Positions 1-11,987 are shown, numbered from the stretch's first letter. The stretch: 64,000 nt of DNA from Fimbriimonadales bacterium (GCA_045862955.1 BTVI01000020.1:1-64000); one strand, 5' to 3'. The notes: generated by a model from the sequence alone, not told the origin. Made by a program: numbers and translations.

Positions 1-47
1 GAGAATGGGGTATGGTCTGCGTGCGTAGCCGGGTTTCGGTCGGAGGA

Positions 48-527
48 AGCAGGCATGGGTGATGTGGGGCCGGCATCGCAGGCCTCGTTGGGAGCAAGGT
101 GTACCTCGGCATCGCCGCTCCACTCTGATGCCGAAGCATGAAAAGCAGGAATGCGTGATGTGGGGCTGGCACCGCCGGCCTCGGGATGCGGGGTGTGCCT
201 CGGCATCGCCGCTCCACCCTGATGCCGAAGCATGAAAAGCAGGCATGGGTGATCCGGGCCTGGCGTCGCCGCCCTCCTTGGGAGCAAGGTGTATCCCGGC
301 ATCGCCGCTCCACCCTGATGCCGAAGCATGAAAAGCAGGCATGGGTGATGTGGGGCTGGCGTCGCCGCCCTCCTTGGGAGCAAGGTGTACCTCGGCATCG
401 CCGCTCCACCCTGATGCCGAAGCATGAAAAGCAGGCATGGGTGATTTGGGCCTGGCGTCGCAGGCCTCCTTGGGAGCAAGGTGTGCCTCGGCATCGCCGC
501 TCCACTCTGATGCCGAAGCATGAAGCC
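48..527. repeat. Tandem repeat, ~96-bp unit, ~5 copies, with internal hairpin CGGCATC-N-GATGCCG
   Basis: Core (C/T)C(T/C)CGGCATCGCCGCTCCAC(C/T)CTGATGCCGAAGCATG recurs at ~104, 198, 294, 390, 486 (spacing 94-96). Confidence 0.9.
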
Positions 528-609
528 AGGTCGGGACGGGCTACGCCGAGCGGATTCACTTTTGCCGGCACCAGACTGCGCCTCTCGCATCCACCAGCGA
601 CTTACTCAC

Positions 610-3039
610 TCACTGCGCAACCTCGTGGTACCTGATCATCTCGGAGCCGGGGGCGGTCGGAAGTGTGAGTGTCAGTAGGTGCATCAGGTCGGAGCCGCGC
701 AGTCGGATACATTGGCCTGTGGTGTCGAACATCAGCTCATACGTTGCATCCGCAGCCAGCCCGTGCAGGCGCACCTCCACCGAGCGGTAGGGGCTCTCCG
801 GACGGCGAAAGACCAGTATCACGCCCTCTCCCAGGTCGGGACGGTGGTACTGCGATGCCATCCACTGTCGCGCATCTCGGCTGTAGGGTAGCAACGGATA
901 CCAGGCACCTATCAGTAGGTGGCGCACTTCGCGATACTTGTCCATCAGCGCCTTCGCGCGCCGCGTGTCGAAGCCCGGGTCGTCGGCGATCCAGCCGAGG
1001 CACAGACTGGTGGCGAGGGTGGAATGGAACGAGTAGTCGTCCAATCGTATCAGCGGAGTGGTGAACGTGTTGTTAGGTAGGTATTGTGACAGACCCCATA
1101 TTTGGCATTGATCCGTCTCATTGTCGAACCAGTAGTCGCTGTCTTGGTGGATGTGCATTCGCTTTATGGTCTCCAGGTCGATTCGCCTGCCGCCGCTTGC
1201 ACACTCTTCGCGAATGCCATCCGGCCAAGTGGAGGCGATGCGGTCCCAGTAGGCATAGAGCCCTTCGATGTACTTCATCTCGGTTATGCCTTGTCTGTTT
1301 GGCGCATCGTTATGCCGCCAATACGGAAGAGGGTCCATGTTGAAGTCCTGTCTGTAGAAGCGGAAGCCCGGCAAGTCCATGAAGCCCTTCACGATGGCGA
1401 ACATGTAGTCTCGGGCCTCGGGCAATCCTAGGTTCAGCAGACGTGTTACCTCCCCGGGGTCGTCGGTGGATTTCAGCACCCACTCCGGATGCTCCTTATC
1501 AATGGTAGTCCCTGCTATCACGCGCTCCGGCTCGAACCAAAGTCCATACACCATGCCATGCTCTTTCGCCGTCGCAGCCACCGGTGCCATTCCCTCGGGA
1601 TAGGCGTCCTTGCGCGGCGTCCAGTTACCCGCACCCATCGGCCACCCCCCTTCGAACCAGCCTGCATCGGTGATAAGAGCGTCCAGCCCCATGGGTGCGT
1701 AGGCGCGGATGAGTGATATCTGGTTTTCGGCATTGCACTCGTTGAGCCAGCCGCCGCCACGCGTGAAGCAGGTGTTGCAGAAGGGGGTTGGCAGCGGCTT
1801 CTTGCCATCGCGCGTTGCCACGTAGTGCTTATAGAGGAGCTGCCGGAACTGCGCGTTGGCCTCCAGCGTATCACCCTGCCAGTGCAACACCAGGATGCGT
1901 GGCGAGCGCACCTTCTCGCCGGGATGCAGCAGGAAGTGGGTGCCTTCCATACCAGCGGTGAGATGAAGGCTATCCGGGGTCGGGCAGTCGAGCCTTGCAT
2001 ACCACTGTCCCGACCACCCAACTGCCACCACGGCCGAGGCTCCCGCCATCTCTACCTTGAAGAAGGGCAGGTCCTTGTTCGAGGACCGTCCGCCACCACC
2101 ACCCATCTCCGCAGCCGTACCCTGCGTCAGTTGGGTTGCGCTCGGCTCGAAGTCGGTGGGGTCGGAGGGTGCACCCTTCGTTCTATGGAGCACATAGGGC
2201 GCTGCGCCGTTAAAGCCGACGTCTAGGGCTCGTACGTCGGCGATGATAAGTGTATCCACCGTGCCGGTATTCTCGAAGTACAGCACCCAATCGGCGGCTG
2301 GGAAGTCGGGGTAGCGCGTGACCTCCCAGTGCACTCTGAGCCCTGAGGTAGGATCGGTCCATACCGTCGTAACAGTGCGGCCGGTGGTGGCCCGATCGAC
2401 CTGCCACTGGTCGAGCACCTCGTCGCTCGGCTGGCCGCCATACCGGAATGAGAACGGACGACGCGGGATCGTTCCTGGTATGAGTCCTCTTTCGATCTCG
2501 TCCACTCGCAACTTAGTTCCTCCTGCTAGTGTCAGGGTTGCCTCTGCCCAGTCGGCGTGGTCGCACGCCGGTCCGTCACCCGCGTCGTCCACTTGCAGCT
2601 CGATGGTATGTGCCTCCGAGACCTCGACGCCGACTCGCTCCGGCTCTTGCCCTCCGCGCATCGTCGCCGACCGGTAAAGCTCGTGCCCATCCCGCACTAC
2701 GCAGAAGACCACCGAGCCCTGGCCACCTGCCGTTCGGTCGTTGCTATCAATCCCGATTTCGGCGTCGAAGCGTATGATGGGCTGGGGGGAGAAGAGGATG
2801 ATGCGGCTGGCGGAGTGGGTGCCCAGCCCGTGCGCATAGCTACGAGAGCCGATGCGGAGTGGCGTGCCGATCACGGAGCGATTGATCTGCAGGCTCTCGT
2901 GCGTGTGCTGGAGGACCTGCATCACGGGCTTGCTAGGTTGCTTCCTGGTCCCTGGGTTCAGAATGGCGTCCAGCCATTCCGACTCCCCGCCCACCGATGC
3001 TGCTGCAGCGAGCGCCAGGAATCGAGCGATACCTACCAT
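610..3039 (-). CDS. Alpha-galactosidase (GH36) with N-terminal NPCBM/NEW2 domain
   Basis: Signal-like N-terminus; NPCBM motifs (HGLGTH, DHADWAEA); GH36 motifs DAGW, GLWFEPE, RQDFN, ECASGGRR. Confidence 0.85.
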   Translation of the reverse strand: MVGIARFLALAAAASVGGESEWLDAILNPGTRKQPSKPVMQVLQHTHESLQINRSVIGTPLRIGSRSYAHGLGTHSASRIILFSPQPIIRFDAEIGIDSNDRTAGGQGSVVFCVVRDGHELYRSATMRGGQEPERVGVEVSEAHTIELQVDDAGDGPACDHADWAEATLTLAGGTKLRVDEIERGLIPGTIPRRPFSFRYGGQPSDEVLDQWQVDRATTGRTVTTVWTDPTSGLRVHWEVTRYPDFPAADWVLYFENTGTVDTLIIADVRALDVGFNGAAPYVLHRTKGAPSDPTDFEPSATQLTQGTAAEMGGGGGRSSNKDLPFFKVEMAGASAVVAVGWSGQWYARLDCPTPDSLHLTAGMEGTHFLLHPGEKVRSPRILVLHWQGDTLEANAQFRQLLYKHYVATRDGKKPLPTPFCNTCFTRGGGWLNECNAENQISLIRAYAPMGLDALITDAGWFEGGWPMGAGNWTPRKDAYPEGMAPVAATAKEHGMVYGLWFEPERVIAGTTIDKEHPEWVLKSTDDPGEVTRLLNLGLPEARDYMFAIVKGFMDLPGFRFYRQDFNMDPLPYWRHNDAPNRQGITEMKYIEGLYAYWDRIASTWPDGIREECASGGRRIDLETIKRMHIHQDSDYWFDNETDQCQIWGLSQYLPNNTFTTPLIRLDDYSFHSTLATSLCLGWIADDPGFDTRRAKALMDKYREVRHLLIGAWYPLLPYSRDARQWMASQYHRPDLGEGVILVFRRPESPYRSVEVRLHGLAADATYELMFDTTGQCIRLRGSDLMHLLTLTLPTAPGSEMIRYHEVAQ

Positions 3040-3135
3040 GCCGGCACCTCACCGGGCCCTCGGATTGTGGCATCGGCCCGACGCGAGTTCCTTCCGCACC
3101 GATACCTCCCTCTCCTGCCGGGCTACCCACGCCTT

Positions 3136-3311
3136 ATCATTTCGAGCGAAGCGGGGAATCCCTTTCTGGCTGTGACATTCGGACGGTCGGTCACCTACTC
3201 GAGCTGGTTGTGCGAGCGATTCCTCGCTTCGCTCGGAATGACAGTGGTGGCGTCAGCAATTCGTGGTGTTCGGGTGCCCCTCACCCCAGCCATCTCCCCG
3301 CGGTGAGGGAG
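3136..3311. repeat. REP-like inverted pair TCATTTCGAGCGAAGCGGGGAATC / GATTCCTCGCTTCGCTCGGAATGA plus a degenerate CCCTCACCCC-family copy
   Basis: Inverted copies at ~3137-3160 and ~3218-3243; CCCCTCACCCCAGCCATCTCCCC at ~3277. Confidence 0.7.
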
Positions 3312-3379
3312 CGCCTCGTGCAGCCAGCCAGGGCTCTCACGCACGGGTTGCAGAGGTGAGAGGGGCCTCGACTCACCGC

Positions 3380-5446
3380 CTATTCGCGTATCAGCTCCAG
3401 CGTGTACGAAGCAGCGCCGCGATGCCCCCGCGCAAACTCACACACGAAGTGGCCTATATCTATGAAGGCGAAGTACCACGCATCGTCCTGCTTGACCCGA
3501 ATCAGGAACAGCCCATTGCGCCCTACCACATCTATGTAGCCGAATGGATTAGGCTCCAGTGTGCAGCCCGTGGCAGTGGTGTAGCGCTCCGGCGGCGCAG
3601 CCTGGTTCGCTGAAGCACCAGGTCGAATCGGCCACCACGGCCTGTTGGCCAGCACGAACCGCCCGGCCGCGTCGGTCTTACCCGTATGTACCGGTGGACC
3701 GTCCATCAGCCCCGAGTCCATGTTCTTCTGATACACCTCGACTTCGGCTCCAGCGACGGGCTTGCCATTCAGCAGGAGAACCAAGGTGTTCTTCTCCGGC
3801 ACGTTGAAAAGATACTCACCGAAGTAGCCGCGGCGATGCCCGTACGTCATGTTCATGCCAGCTACGTCTATGTCGGCGTAAGCAGGCGGGGTGTTAGTAC
3901 CAGTGTGACCCCCACCCATCATGCCTCCATCTGGTTGACTGAACCCCTTCCCGTTGATCTTGTTGTTCTGCGGGGGCAGGTCGAACTGGTAGTCGTCTAT
4001 GATCCCCAGCTGATGGGTAAGCTCGTGGTTCAGTGCCCACATGAAGGAGTTGGCGAGGCTCGTGTATTCGCCAACCGAGCCGGTCGGATACGACCAAGCG
4101 CCGTCGCATGCTAGCCGATCTTCGATCGCCGCCTCCGCCTCCCCACCTATCTTGTCTACGATGACGATTCGACCGACACGAACACCGATGCGCGCCCCCT
4201 CGGGCGCGAAGTCATACTTGCTATGTCGGAACAAGCGGTTCATCGTGTCGACCGTGGAGCCGCGCAACCAGTCCTCGTAGGAGAACGAGCCGTAAGCGTT
4301 GTTCACCTCGTCCACGCGCTCCGTCATGCCCTTTTCGCATATCGCCAGGAGCGCATATGCGTCAGTCTGGAATGTCAGCACGTTGTTCTTCTTCGATATC
4401 TCGTCCATCGGCTGTTCCAAGCCGACGCTCGCCTCGAATCGGTAACCTCCTTGCTTCCACTTCCATGGCACCTTCACGATGGTTTCCTGGCGAGGCTCGA
4501 GTGCTGGTACCGTCTGCTTATGACACAGCTTGCCGGCGATCTCGCAGACGAAGGTGGTGGGCAGGGATCGCGCGAATCCGACATTGCGCACATGCACTTC
4601 GTAGTAGATCTGCTCGCCGTCATCGGGCCAACGCTTCATCGCCTGCTCTTTGGCCGACAGCTCGGGGTAGACGTTTTGGTAGTCCACGGAGTAGCGGTAG
4701 TATCGCGGAAATTGCTCTGCCCATGTCACGGACAGGTCTGGCTTCTCCAAGGATGACAGCCACCACCGAACGGGGCGCCCGTTGCGTGCCACGAACTCGA
4801 TTCCGTCGTGCCACATGATAAAGCCATACCCGCCCGTGTCCTCGTGGATCTCGAAGCACGCTATGTGTTTCCAGTCGAATCCGGGTTCGATGGTCACCAA
4901 CCACAGCACGGGTGCGGGTCCACGGGTCTTCTCCTCCAGCGCGAGGTACGCCTTCGTCTTTGCTGCCATGCGCTCTGCGAGGAGACTGAGTGGCACGCTG
5001 TAGTCCACCCATTCTTCTAGGGCCATGTGCAGACGGTTGCTTGTTCCATCGTAGCGAACCGTCCTGCCCGCCATGTCTTTCAGGATCACCCACGGGTCGC
5101 CGCCCCACCCGTTCTTGTTCTCACTGCGAAGCGAGAACTTCAGCATCACTAGATCCGTGGCGTCCAGGTCCAGGTCTTTGGTGTTGGGAAAGTAGGTCCA
5201 GGTATCGAAGCCGCTGGTGGTCTCGAGTTTGATAGAGCCTCGACCCACACACGTTTGTCGAGTGTCGGAGGTTATCGTATTCGTCGCGTAGTCCGTCGAG
5301 CCGTACCCGAAACGCGAGGCGTACTGGGGTTCACTGATCTCGCCGGTGTACCAAGTGCCCTCGCTGTCGCCCCTCTTGTCGGCATTCGCGTTTGCAGCCA
5401 GCAACGTGAGGGCCATGAGGGTCAGTATGGCGGTGTTAGCTTTCAT
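3380..5446 (-). CDS. Secreted protein with CARDB (Ig-like) domain and HExxH metallopeptidase-like domain
   Basis: Signal peptide MKANTAIL...ANA; CARDB pattern (VRNVG...LEP...DEISKKNN); NHELTHQLGIIDDY. Confidence 0.65.
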   Translation of the reverse strand: MKANTAILTLMALTLLAANANADKRGDSEGTWYTGEISEPQYASRFGYGSTDYATNTITSDTRQTCVGRGSIKLETTSGFDTWTYFPNTKDLDLDATDLVMLKFSLRSENKNGWGGDPWVILKDMAGRTVRYDGTSNRLHMALEEWVDYSVPLSLLAERMAAKTKAYLALEEKTRGPAPVLWLVTIEPGFDWKHIACFEIHEDTGGYGFIMWHDGIEFVARNGRPVRWWLSSLEKPDLSVTWAEQFPRYYRYSVDYQNVYPELSAKEQAMKRWPDDGEQIYYEVHVRNVGFARSLPTTFVCEIAGKLCHKQTVPALEPRQETIVKVPWKWKQGGYRFEASVGLEQPMDEISKKNNVLTFQTDAYALLAICEKGMTERVDEVNNAYGSFSYEDWLRGSTVDTMNRLFRHSKYDFAPEGARIGVRVGRIVIVDKIGGEAEAAIEDRLACDGAWSYPTGSVGEYTSLANSFMWALNHELTHQLGIIDDYQFDLPPQNNKINGKGFSQPDGGMMGGGHTGTNTPPAYADIDVAGMNMTYGHRRGYFGEYLFNVPEKNTLVLLLNGKPVAGAEVEVYQKNMDSGLMDGPPVHTGKTDAAGRFVLANRPWWPIRPGASANQAAPPERYTTATGCTLEPNPFGYIDVVGRNGLFLIRVKQDDAWYFAFIDIGHFVCEFARGHRGAASYTLELIRE

Positions 5447-5727
5447 TGGTTCTCCTCTTTGCGAGCGGACGTGGCGCCGGATGGGGCAGTGGCGTCACGA
5501 GGCCGCGCATTCGTGTCCCATCCGCTCCGGACCCAGTTGCAGCGGCTTGGCCTTCGGGAGTGTACCTCTGAAAGAGCAGCGTCTGGCGCCGGCCGATGAA
5601 TATTCCAGGCAACTTCGTCTTCCGCGACGGTCGGCTCGCGAAGGTGCCACTCGCCCCGTCGGCGGCGTAACACGGCGCGCCAAGGCACGGACGCTTCTCC
5701 TGCTAGGGGTCGGGAGGTGGGGAGCTG

Positions 5728-6423
5728 TTAGTGAACTTCTTCGGGGGTCGCCTCGTAGGAATCGCGACGCTTGTGGCGCACGATCTCGCCCTCGATCAGG
5801 TACAGGACATCCTCTGCAATGTTGGTCGCCTGGTCGCCGATGCGCTCGATGTGTCGTGCGACGGTTAGCAGCTGCACCTGCTCCATGATCTCCGTGGTAC
5901 CTAACAGGAGCTGCTGCTTCACGTAGTCGTAGACGCGTCGGTTGCACTCATCCACCTTATCATCCATTTCGCACACTTTGCGAGCAAGAGAGGCGTCCAG
6001 GTACACGAGCGAGTCCAAGCTGTCACGTACCATTTCGTGCGCTAACTTGCTCATGCTGACGAAATCTTGAGGAATGTCGATCTTCACACGATGGGACAGA
6101 TAGATGGCGCGCTCGGCAATGTTCGTGGCAATGTCTCCGATGCGTTCCAGGTCGTTGTTGATCTTGAGCATGGCGACGACATAGCGCAGGTCTATGGCCA
6201 CAGGCTGGTGGAGAGCCAGCACCTTCAGGCACTCCTCCTCGACCTCGACCTCCATCTGGTCGATCTGCTCGTCGGTCTCGATGACGCGCTCGGCGAGCTC
6301 CACGTCGCGCGTCATGAGGGCCTCGATGGCCATCTTCCCCGCTTCCTCGACCAGGGCACCCACCGAAAGAAGCTTCTTTCTCAGCGCGTCAATCTCGCGC
6401 TCCAAGTGTCGTCGCATTTCCAT
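5728..6423 (-). CDS. phoU: Phosphate signalling protein PhoU
   Basis: QPVAIDLR, DLERIGD and HIERIGDQATNIAE repeats; pst operon context. Confidence 0.95.
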   Translation of the reverse strand: MEMRRHLEREIDALRKKLLSVGALVEEAGKMAIEALMTRDVELAERVIETDEQIDQMEVEVEEECLKVLALHQPVAIDLRYVVAMLKINNDLERIGDIATNIAERAIYLSHRVKIDIPQDFVSMSKLAHEMVRDSLDSLVYLDASLARKVCEMDDKVDECNRRVYDYVKQQLLLGTTEIMEQVQLLTVARHIERIGDQATNIAEDVLYLIEGEIVRHKRRDSYEATPEEVH

Positions 6424-6427
6424 GCTC

Positions 6428-7255
6428 CTATCCGAACCGGCCCGTAATGTAATCTTCGGTTCGTTTCTCTGCGGGCAGAGTAAAAACCTGCGTCGTCGGG
6501 CCGTATTCGATCAGCTCGCCGTCGCACAAAAAGGCCGTGAAGTCCGACACGCGAGCCGCTTGTTGCATGTTATGCGTTACGATCACGATGGTATATCGTT
6601 CCTTCAGCTCGATGATCAACTCCTCGATTCTCGCAGTTGCGGTCGGGTCGAGCGCGGAGCAGGGCTCGTCCATCAGCACCACTTCGGGTTCCATTGCGAT
6701 GGCGCGAGCGATGCAGAGACGCTGCTGCTGGCCGCCGGAAAGGGCCATGCCACTCTGATGCAGCTTGTCTTTCACCTCGTCCCACAGGGCGGCCTTGCGC
6801 AACGAGGTCTCCACCACTTCGCGCAAGGAAGCACGCGACGCACCGTTGATGGCCGGCCCCCAGGCCACGTTGTCGAACACGCTCTTCGGGAAGGGGTTCG
6901 GTTTTTGGAACACCATGCCGATGCGCCTGCGCACCTCTACGGGGTCCACTTCCGGAGCGAAGATGCTCTCTCCTCGATACAACACCTCCCCGGACATCCA
7001 GACACCGGGGATAAAGTCGTTCATGCGGTTGAAGGTCCGAAGCAGCGTGCTCTTCCCACATCCCGAAGGGCCGATGATGGCGGTGATTCGCCGCTCGGGA
7101 ATGCGCAGGCTGACGTTCTTGACCGCGGCCTCCGAACCGTATCGTACGGTGAGGCTGCGCGTCTCCAGGATGGTCTCGAGCGCTTCCACGGGTTGCTGCT
7201 CGGCCGTGCGCTGCGACGGCTCCGGGAGCTTGGTAGTCAATATCACGTCGCTCAT
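6428..7255 (-). CDS. pstB: Phosphate ABC transporter ATPase PstB
   Basis: [30 protein letters not shown]; start placed at the ATG overlapping the pstA stop (ATGA). Confidence 0.95.
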   Translation of the reverse strand: MSDVILTTKLPEPSQRTAEQQPVEALETILETRSLTVRYGSEAAVKNVSLRIPERRITAIIGPSGCGKSTLLRTFNRMNDFIPGVWMSGEVLYRGESIFAPEVDPVEVRRRIGMVFQKPNPFPKSVFDNVAWGPAINGASRASLREVVETSLRKAALWDEVKDKLHQSGMALSGGQQQRLCIARAIAMEPEVVLMDEPCSALDPTATARIEELIIELKERYTIVIVTHNMQQAARVSDFTAFLCDGELIEYGPTTQVFTLPAEKRTEDYITGRFG

Positions 7256-8127
7256 GGGCGGAACCTCTGAAATCGCTGCCGGATGATGATGGCCGCGGCG
7301 TTCATGCTGAGCAGCACGGCGAGAAGAACGATAATACCCGCCGCCGCGAGGGCCTTGAAGTCCTCCTGCGGTCGGCTCGCCCAGTTGTAGATCTGGATAG
7401 GCAGCACGGTGAACTTGTCCATCGGGCCGGAAGGCACGAAGGCCACGTAGGCAAACGCACCGATCATGATGAGTGGAGCCGTTTCTCCTATCGCACGAGA
7501 CAGGGAAAGGATCACACCTGTTAGTATGCCCGGAAGGGCCGACGGCAGCACGTGCGACCAGATGGTCTGCCATCGGGTGGCGCCGAGGGCGAATGCCGCC
7601 ATGCGTATGGACGGTGGGACGGCACGGATCGCTTCGCGGGCTGCGATGATGATTACCGGTAGGATCAGCAGCGTCATGGTGAGAGCGCCCGCCAAAACGC
7701 TCCGTCCCAGCATCATGGTGCGCACGAAGATTGCGAGTCCGAGAATTCCGTAGACAATGGACGGCACGCCTGCGAGATTGGCGATGTTCACCTCGATGAA
7801 CGAGCTGAGGCGGCCGCGCTTGGGATATTCCTCGAGATAGATAGCCGCGCCGATACCGATAGGTAGCGCGAAAGCAGCGGTCAGCAAGATGTTCCACACG
7901 GAGCCATACAGTGCAGACTTGACGCCCGCTTCAGCCGGAAACCTAGAGGGGAAGCTGGTCAGGAACTTGAGCGTCAGCCACTTGGCCCCTTGGTGGTAGA
8001 CGGCGATGAGCAGTATGGCAAGAAGAACTACTCCGACTAGCGTCGAGGCCAGGCACAATAGGTGGAAGACACGATCAACGCGTCGGCGTCTCGCAACGCT
8101 GCCCCTCGAAAGTTCCAGTCCGCTCAT
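7252..8127 (-). CDS. pstA: Phosphate ABC transporter permease PstA
   Basis: [21 protein letters not shown]. Confidence 0.95.
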   Translation of the reverse strand: MSGLELSRGSVARRRRVDRVFHLLCLASTLVGVVLLAILLIAVYHQGAKWLTLKFLTSFPSRFPAEAGVKSALYGSVWNILLTAAFALPIGIGAAIYLEEYPKRGRLSSFIEVNIANLAGVPSIVYGILGLAIFVRTMMLGRSVLAGALTMTLLILPVIIIAAREAIRAVPPSIRMAAFALGATRWQTIWSHVLPSALPGILTGVILSLSRAIGETAPLIMIGAFAYVAFVPSGPMDKFTVLPIQIYNWASRPQEDFKALAAAGIIVLLAVLLSMNAAAIIIRQRFQRFRP

Positions 8128-9059
8128 TCGTATGCCTCTCGGTATCGCCGAAGAATGCGCAGAGATAGTATGTTGAGGGCGAGCGTGATGACGAAGAGCA
8201 GCATGCCCACCGCGAACAGGGTCTGATACTCGATGGTCCCTTGTGGTGTGTCCCCTAGGCTGATCTGTACGATGTAGGCGGTCATCGTCTGAACGCTTTC
8301 CAACGGGTTCAGTGTTAGTTTGGGCGATGCGCCCGCGGCGAGCGTTACTGCCATCGTTTCGCCTATCGCGCGCGATACTGCCAGCACGAACGATGCTAAC
8401 ACCCCAGAAAGCGCCGCAGGAAACACGATGCGTGTACTAACCTCGCTCTTCGTTGCGCCTACGGCAAACCCGGCGTTTCGCAGCGAGTTCGGCACCGCGC
8501 GAAACGCATCATCGCAAAGGGATGCTACCATCGGCAAGATCATGATTCCCACCACCAAAGAGGCGCTGAGCGCATTGAAGACCTCGGTCTGCGGAAGGAT
8601 GAGCCGCAGGAACGGCGTCACGGTAGCTACTGCGAAGTAGCCGTAGACAACGGTGGGGATCCCCGCCAAGATCTCGAGCACCGGTTTGATGATGGCTCGC
8701 ACGCGTGGGGTGGCGTACTCGCTGAGGTACATTCCGCACCCAACGCCGACAGGTATCGCTACGAGTGCGGCTCCCACCGTGATCAGCATCGTGCCGCACA
8801 CCAGCGGCAGCACACCGAAGTGCTGCGGCTTGAAGAGAGGCGTCCACCTGGTGCCCGTCAAGAACTCCCAGATCGAAACCTGCTTGAAGAACGTGAAGCT
8901 CTCCGTTGCGAGCACCCAGATGATAGCGACGGTAGTGGCGATCGAGACCAAGGCGCTCAGCAGGAGTCCGTTCTCGTGCAAGAACTCCGTCCATCGGAAC
9001 TTCTTGGCGCGAAGGCCGCTCGCGGAGCGGCCTCCCATCGCCTGGTCAGCCGTTGTCAA
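8124..9059 (-). CDS. pstC: Phosphate ABC transporter permease PstC
   Basis: [22 protein letters not shown]. Confidence 0.95.
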   Translation of the reverse strand: MTTADQAMGGRSASGLRAKKFRWTEFLHENGLLLSALVSIATTVAIIWVLATESFTFFKQVSIWEFLTGTRWTPLFKPQHFGVLPLVCGTMLITVGAALVAIPVGVGCGMYLSEYATPRVRAIIKPVLEILAGIPTVVYGYFAVATVTPFLRLILPQTEVFNALSASLVVGIMILPMVASLCDDAFRAVPNSLRNAGFAVGATKSEVSTRIVFPAALSGVLASFVLAVSRAIGETMAVTLAAGASPKLTLNPLESVQTMTAYIVQISLGDTPQGTIEYQTLFAVGMLLFVITLALNILSLRILRRYREAYE

Positions 9060-9075
9060 CTGCTACCAGTCACCC

Positions 9076-10113
9076 CTACTTCGATTCCTCTTCCGTCTTC
9101 ATCAGCTGCTCCAAGGATAGCCCGACCTGATGCTTCCCTTCGAAGACCGATCCGGTCTTCCTACTCTCGAAGCGCTGCAGAGCGATCTGATACACGTTCG
9201 CCGGGAGTGGCACATACTTCACCTCGGCTACCAGCTTCTCCGCGTTCTGCATGTAGAACTTGATGAACGCCTGCACTTCGGGGCGCTCCGCTGCCTTGGT
9301 GCTCACGTAGATGAAGAGCGGGCGCGCGAGCGGAGTGTACTGCCCGTTTCGGATGGTCTCTTCCGTAGGAGTGATAGGACCCTTACCACCGTCTATGGGC
9401 ACTACCTTCAGCTTGTCGGCATTCTCAGCGTAGTATGCGTACCCGAAGTAGCCGAGCGCGTACTTCTCGCCCGAGACCCCCTGCACTAACACGTTGTCAT
9501 CCTCGCTAGGTTGGAAGTCTGGGCGGCACTTTTTCTGCTCTCCCACGACTGCCTCGGTGAAGTAGTCGTAGGTACCCGAATCCGTACCCGGGCCAAAGAG
9601 CCTGATCTTCTCCTTGGGCCAGTTAGGACGCACATCGCTCCAATACTGCACCTTGCTGCCGGGCTCCCAGATTCGCTTCAGCTCATCCACGGTCAGGTAG
9701 TCCACGAAGTCGTTGTCCTTGTGCACCACCACCGAGAGCCCGTCGTACGCAACCGGGAGCTCGATGAACTCGATGCCGTTCTTCTTAGCGAGTTCCATCT
9801 CTTCGATCTGGATGGGCCGCGAAGCGTCGCTGATGTCAGTCTCGCCAGCGACGAACTTCTTGAACCCGCCACCGGTACCCGACGTGCCTACCGACACTCT
9901 CACGTCGGGGTTCTCTTTCATGAACTCCTCGGCCACGGCCTCGCTGATGGGATACACCGTGCTCGAGCCGTCTATGCTGATCGAGCCCGAGAGCTTCGAA
10001 CCAGCCTTCGCGCCGCCTTCCGATGTCGAGGACCCACCACAGCCGGCCACCATCGCGATGCCTACCAGGGCCAGTCCGCTTAACCAAGTGCTTCTGCCAA
10101 ACGCTTGCACCAC
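9076..10113 (-). CDS. pstS: Phosphate-binding lipoprotein PstS
   Basis: Lipobox VAGC; DGSSTV, SGTGGGF, DSGT motifs. Confidence 0.95.
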   Translation of the reverse strand: MVQAFGRSTWLSGLALVGIAMVAGCGGSSTSEGGAKAGSKLSGSISIDGSSTVYPISEAVAEEFMKENPDVRVSVGTSGTGGGFKKFVAGETDISDASRPIQIEEMELAKKNGIEFIELPVAYDGLSVVVHKDNDFVDYLTVDELKRIWEPGSKVQYWSDVRPNWPKEKIRLFGPGTDSGTYDYFTEAVVGEQKKCRPDFQPSEDDNVLVQGVSGEKYALGYFGYAYYAENADKLKVVPIDGGKGPITPTEETIRNGQYTPLARPLFIYVSTKAAERPEVQAFIKFYMQNAEKLVAEVKYVPLPANVYQIALQRFESRKTGSVFEGKHQVGLSLEQLMKTEEESK

Positions 10114-10159
10114 TCGATCTCCTTCTTTTCAAAACTGGATACCCGAAGTCTATGCCTAT

Positions 10160-10178
10160 AATGTTAGAATCGCGTTAG
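10160..10178 (-). promoter_or_regulatory. Candidate Pho box upstream of pstS (CTAAC-N6-CTAACATT)
   Basis: Direct repeat with 11-bp period; same motif recurs upstream of phoB. Confidence 0.5.
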
Positions 10179-10205
10179 CACTAGGGCCTCCAGCAGCCGA
10201 CCGCG

Positions 10206-11987
10206 CTACCCCTCGCTTCGAGACGGGATTCGTATCGTGAACGTGCTGCCTTGTCCCAACACGCTCTCTGCACCCACTCGACCCCGATGCACTTGCGCGA
10301 CGTGCTTGACGATGGACAGCCCGAGCCCCGTACCGCCCTCCTTCCGACTCCGAGCCGCGTCCACGCGGTAGAAGCGCTCGAAGAGCCTGGGCAAATGGCG
10401 CTCCTCGATCCCGGGACCACGATCTCGAACCCGGATCTCCACGTCGTGGCCGACCGCTTCCGCCTCCACGTCCACGGTCTGGCCGGGAGGGCTGTGGCGT
10501 ATCGCGTTGTCCAGCAGATTGACCACTGCCTGCACCAACAGGGGTGGGTTGATAGGCGCAGCGAGGTTCTCAGGGCACGAAAGCCTCACTTCTACCTGTC
10601 CGGCATCCGCGAGTGGAGCGGTATCCAGCAGTGCCTCCTTCAGGCACGGGAGAATGGGTTGCAGTTTGAGGGGCACGCCACCTTCCCCTGTTTCTTCCAG
10701 CCGCGCCAGGCTGAGCAGGTCCTCGATGATCGCGCTCAGGCGCGCCGTACTTCGATCGATCATCGCGAGGAAGCGTTGCCTCGCCTCCGGATCGTCTGCT
10801 GCTCCACTCAGCAGAGTCTCCACGGCCCCGCGGATAGTGCTAACCGGCGTCTTCAGCTCGTGCGAAACGTTCGCGACGAAGTCCCGTCGCACCCTCTCCA
10901 ACTTGCGAATCTGCGTGATGTCGTGGAGCACGATCAGGGTGCCCATCAGGTACCCCTGCCGATCTCGTAGCGGCGTAGCAGTGACCTCGAGGACTCGCTC
11001 CTCGCCCTCGCGAAGGACTACCTCTCCACGCACGGAACCGCCCTGGCTTCGGACCTCCTCCAACATTCGGTTCAGTTCGGGGTTGCGCGCCACGCCCTGG
11101 ATGGGGAAACCGAGGCACCGGGCCGAGTCGAAGCCCAGAAAGCGCTCCGCGGCCGGGTTGGCAGCGAGCAGTCGGTCGTCGAGGTCCACGGCAACAACGC
11201 CCTCTACCATGCCGGCGAGCACAGCATCGCGCTCGGCCTGCCTCTCCGCCATCTGAGCTCGTTCCCTGTCCAGTTGGTGCGCCATCTTGTTCAGAAGCTC
11301 GACCAGGCTGTCCAGCTCCTCGAACCCCGGGGGCGGAATCCGTTTGGAGAGCCGTCCCTGGCCGAAGGCACGCACACCGTCCTCCAGCTCGGCCAGGTCT
11401 TCGGCCAGTCGCCGGGCAGTGGTGCGTAGGCACAGCGCCGCGACGCCCCAGGCGCCTAGAGCCAGGATCGCAGCCCGCAGCAGAACGTCACCGAAGACGA
11501 CGCCCACCGAGGCCGCCGGAGCGACAACGCGAACCGCTCCGCCTAGGCCGGCCCGCGAGGGCATGGGAGCCGCCGCACTTAGCAGGCCGCGGTCGGCGTC
11601 GAAGTAGGTCTGGACGTGCGGCTCGGCCTCCGTCCCCAGAGCCGCGGCAACGTCCGGCTTGTGAGAAAGGTCACCCACGTACTCGGCGCGAAACCGAGAG
11701 TCGGTCAGCGCGACGCCGTCGGGGCCGATGATGGTGTATCGGTAGCCAGTCGCGTGTTCGTAGCGACGAAGTACGTCGGACATGCGGTCGGAGTCGGCGG
11801 TGGCGGGGTCGAAGCGAAGCCGGTCGGAGAGAATCTCTGCTAACCTAGCGAGGTCGTCCAGCTTGCGCTGCCTTCGCTCCGTCGCATCATACTGCGCAAC
11901 CGTGTACGAAAGAACGAGGGCAACCACGAAGTACAGCAGAAGCTGAGTGAGAGGTGGCGCGCCGAGTAGTTTGCGGCTGTGCATCAC
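10206..11987 (-). CDS. phoR: Sensor histidine kinase PhoR
   Basis: TM-HAMP-PAS-HisKA ([13 protein letters not shown])-HATPase ([15 protein letters not shown]). Confidence 0.9.
   Translation of the reverse strand: MMHSRKLLGAPPLTQLLLYFVVALVLSYTVAQYDATERRQRKLDDLARLAEILSDRLRFDPATADSDRMSDVLRRYEHATGYRYTIIGPDGVALTDSRFRAEYVGDLSHKPDVAAALGTEAEPHVQTYFDADRGLLSAAAPMPSRAGLGGAVRVVAPAASVGVVFGDVLLRAAILALGAWGVAALCLRTTARRLAEDLAELEDGVRAFGQGRLSKRIPPPGFEELDSLVELLNKMAHQLDRERAQMAERQAERDAVLAGMVEGVVAVDLDDRLLAANPAAERFLGFDSARCLGFPIQGVARNPELNRMLEEVRSQGGSVRGEVVLREGEERVLEVTATPLRDRQGYLMGTLIVLHDITQIRKLERVRRDFVANVSHELKTPVSTIRGAVETLLSGAADDPEARQRFLAMIDRSTARLSAIIEDLLSLARLEETGEGGVPLKLQPILPCLKEALLDTAPLADAGQVEVRLSCPENLAAPINPPLLVQAVVNLLDNAIRHSPPGQTVDVEAEAVGHDVEIRVRDRGPGIEERHLPRLFERFYRVDAARSRKEGGTGLGLSIVKHVAQVHRGRVGAESVLGQGSTFTIRIPSRSEG

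Noticed and set aside
186..635. 149-aa ORF with 32-aa repeats
   Set aside because: Translation of the 96-bp DNA repeat; the frame breaks in the first unit (94-bp spacing) and there is no RBS.
7256..7897. Long N-terminal extension of pstB in the ORF track
   Set aside because: Overlaps pstA in another frame; the real start is the ATG at 7255.
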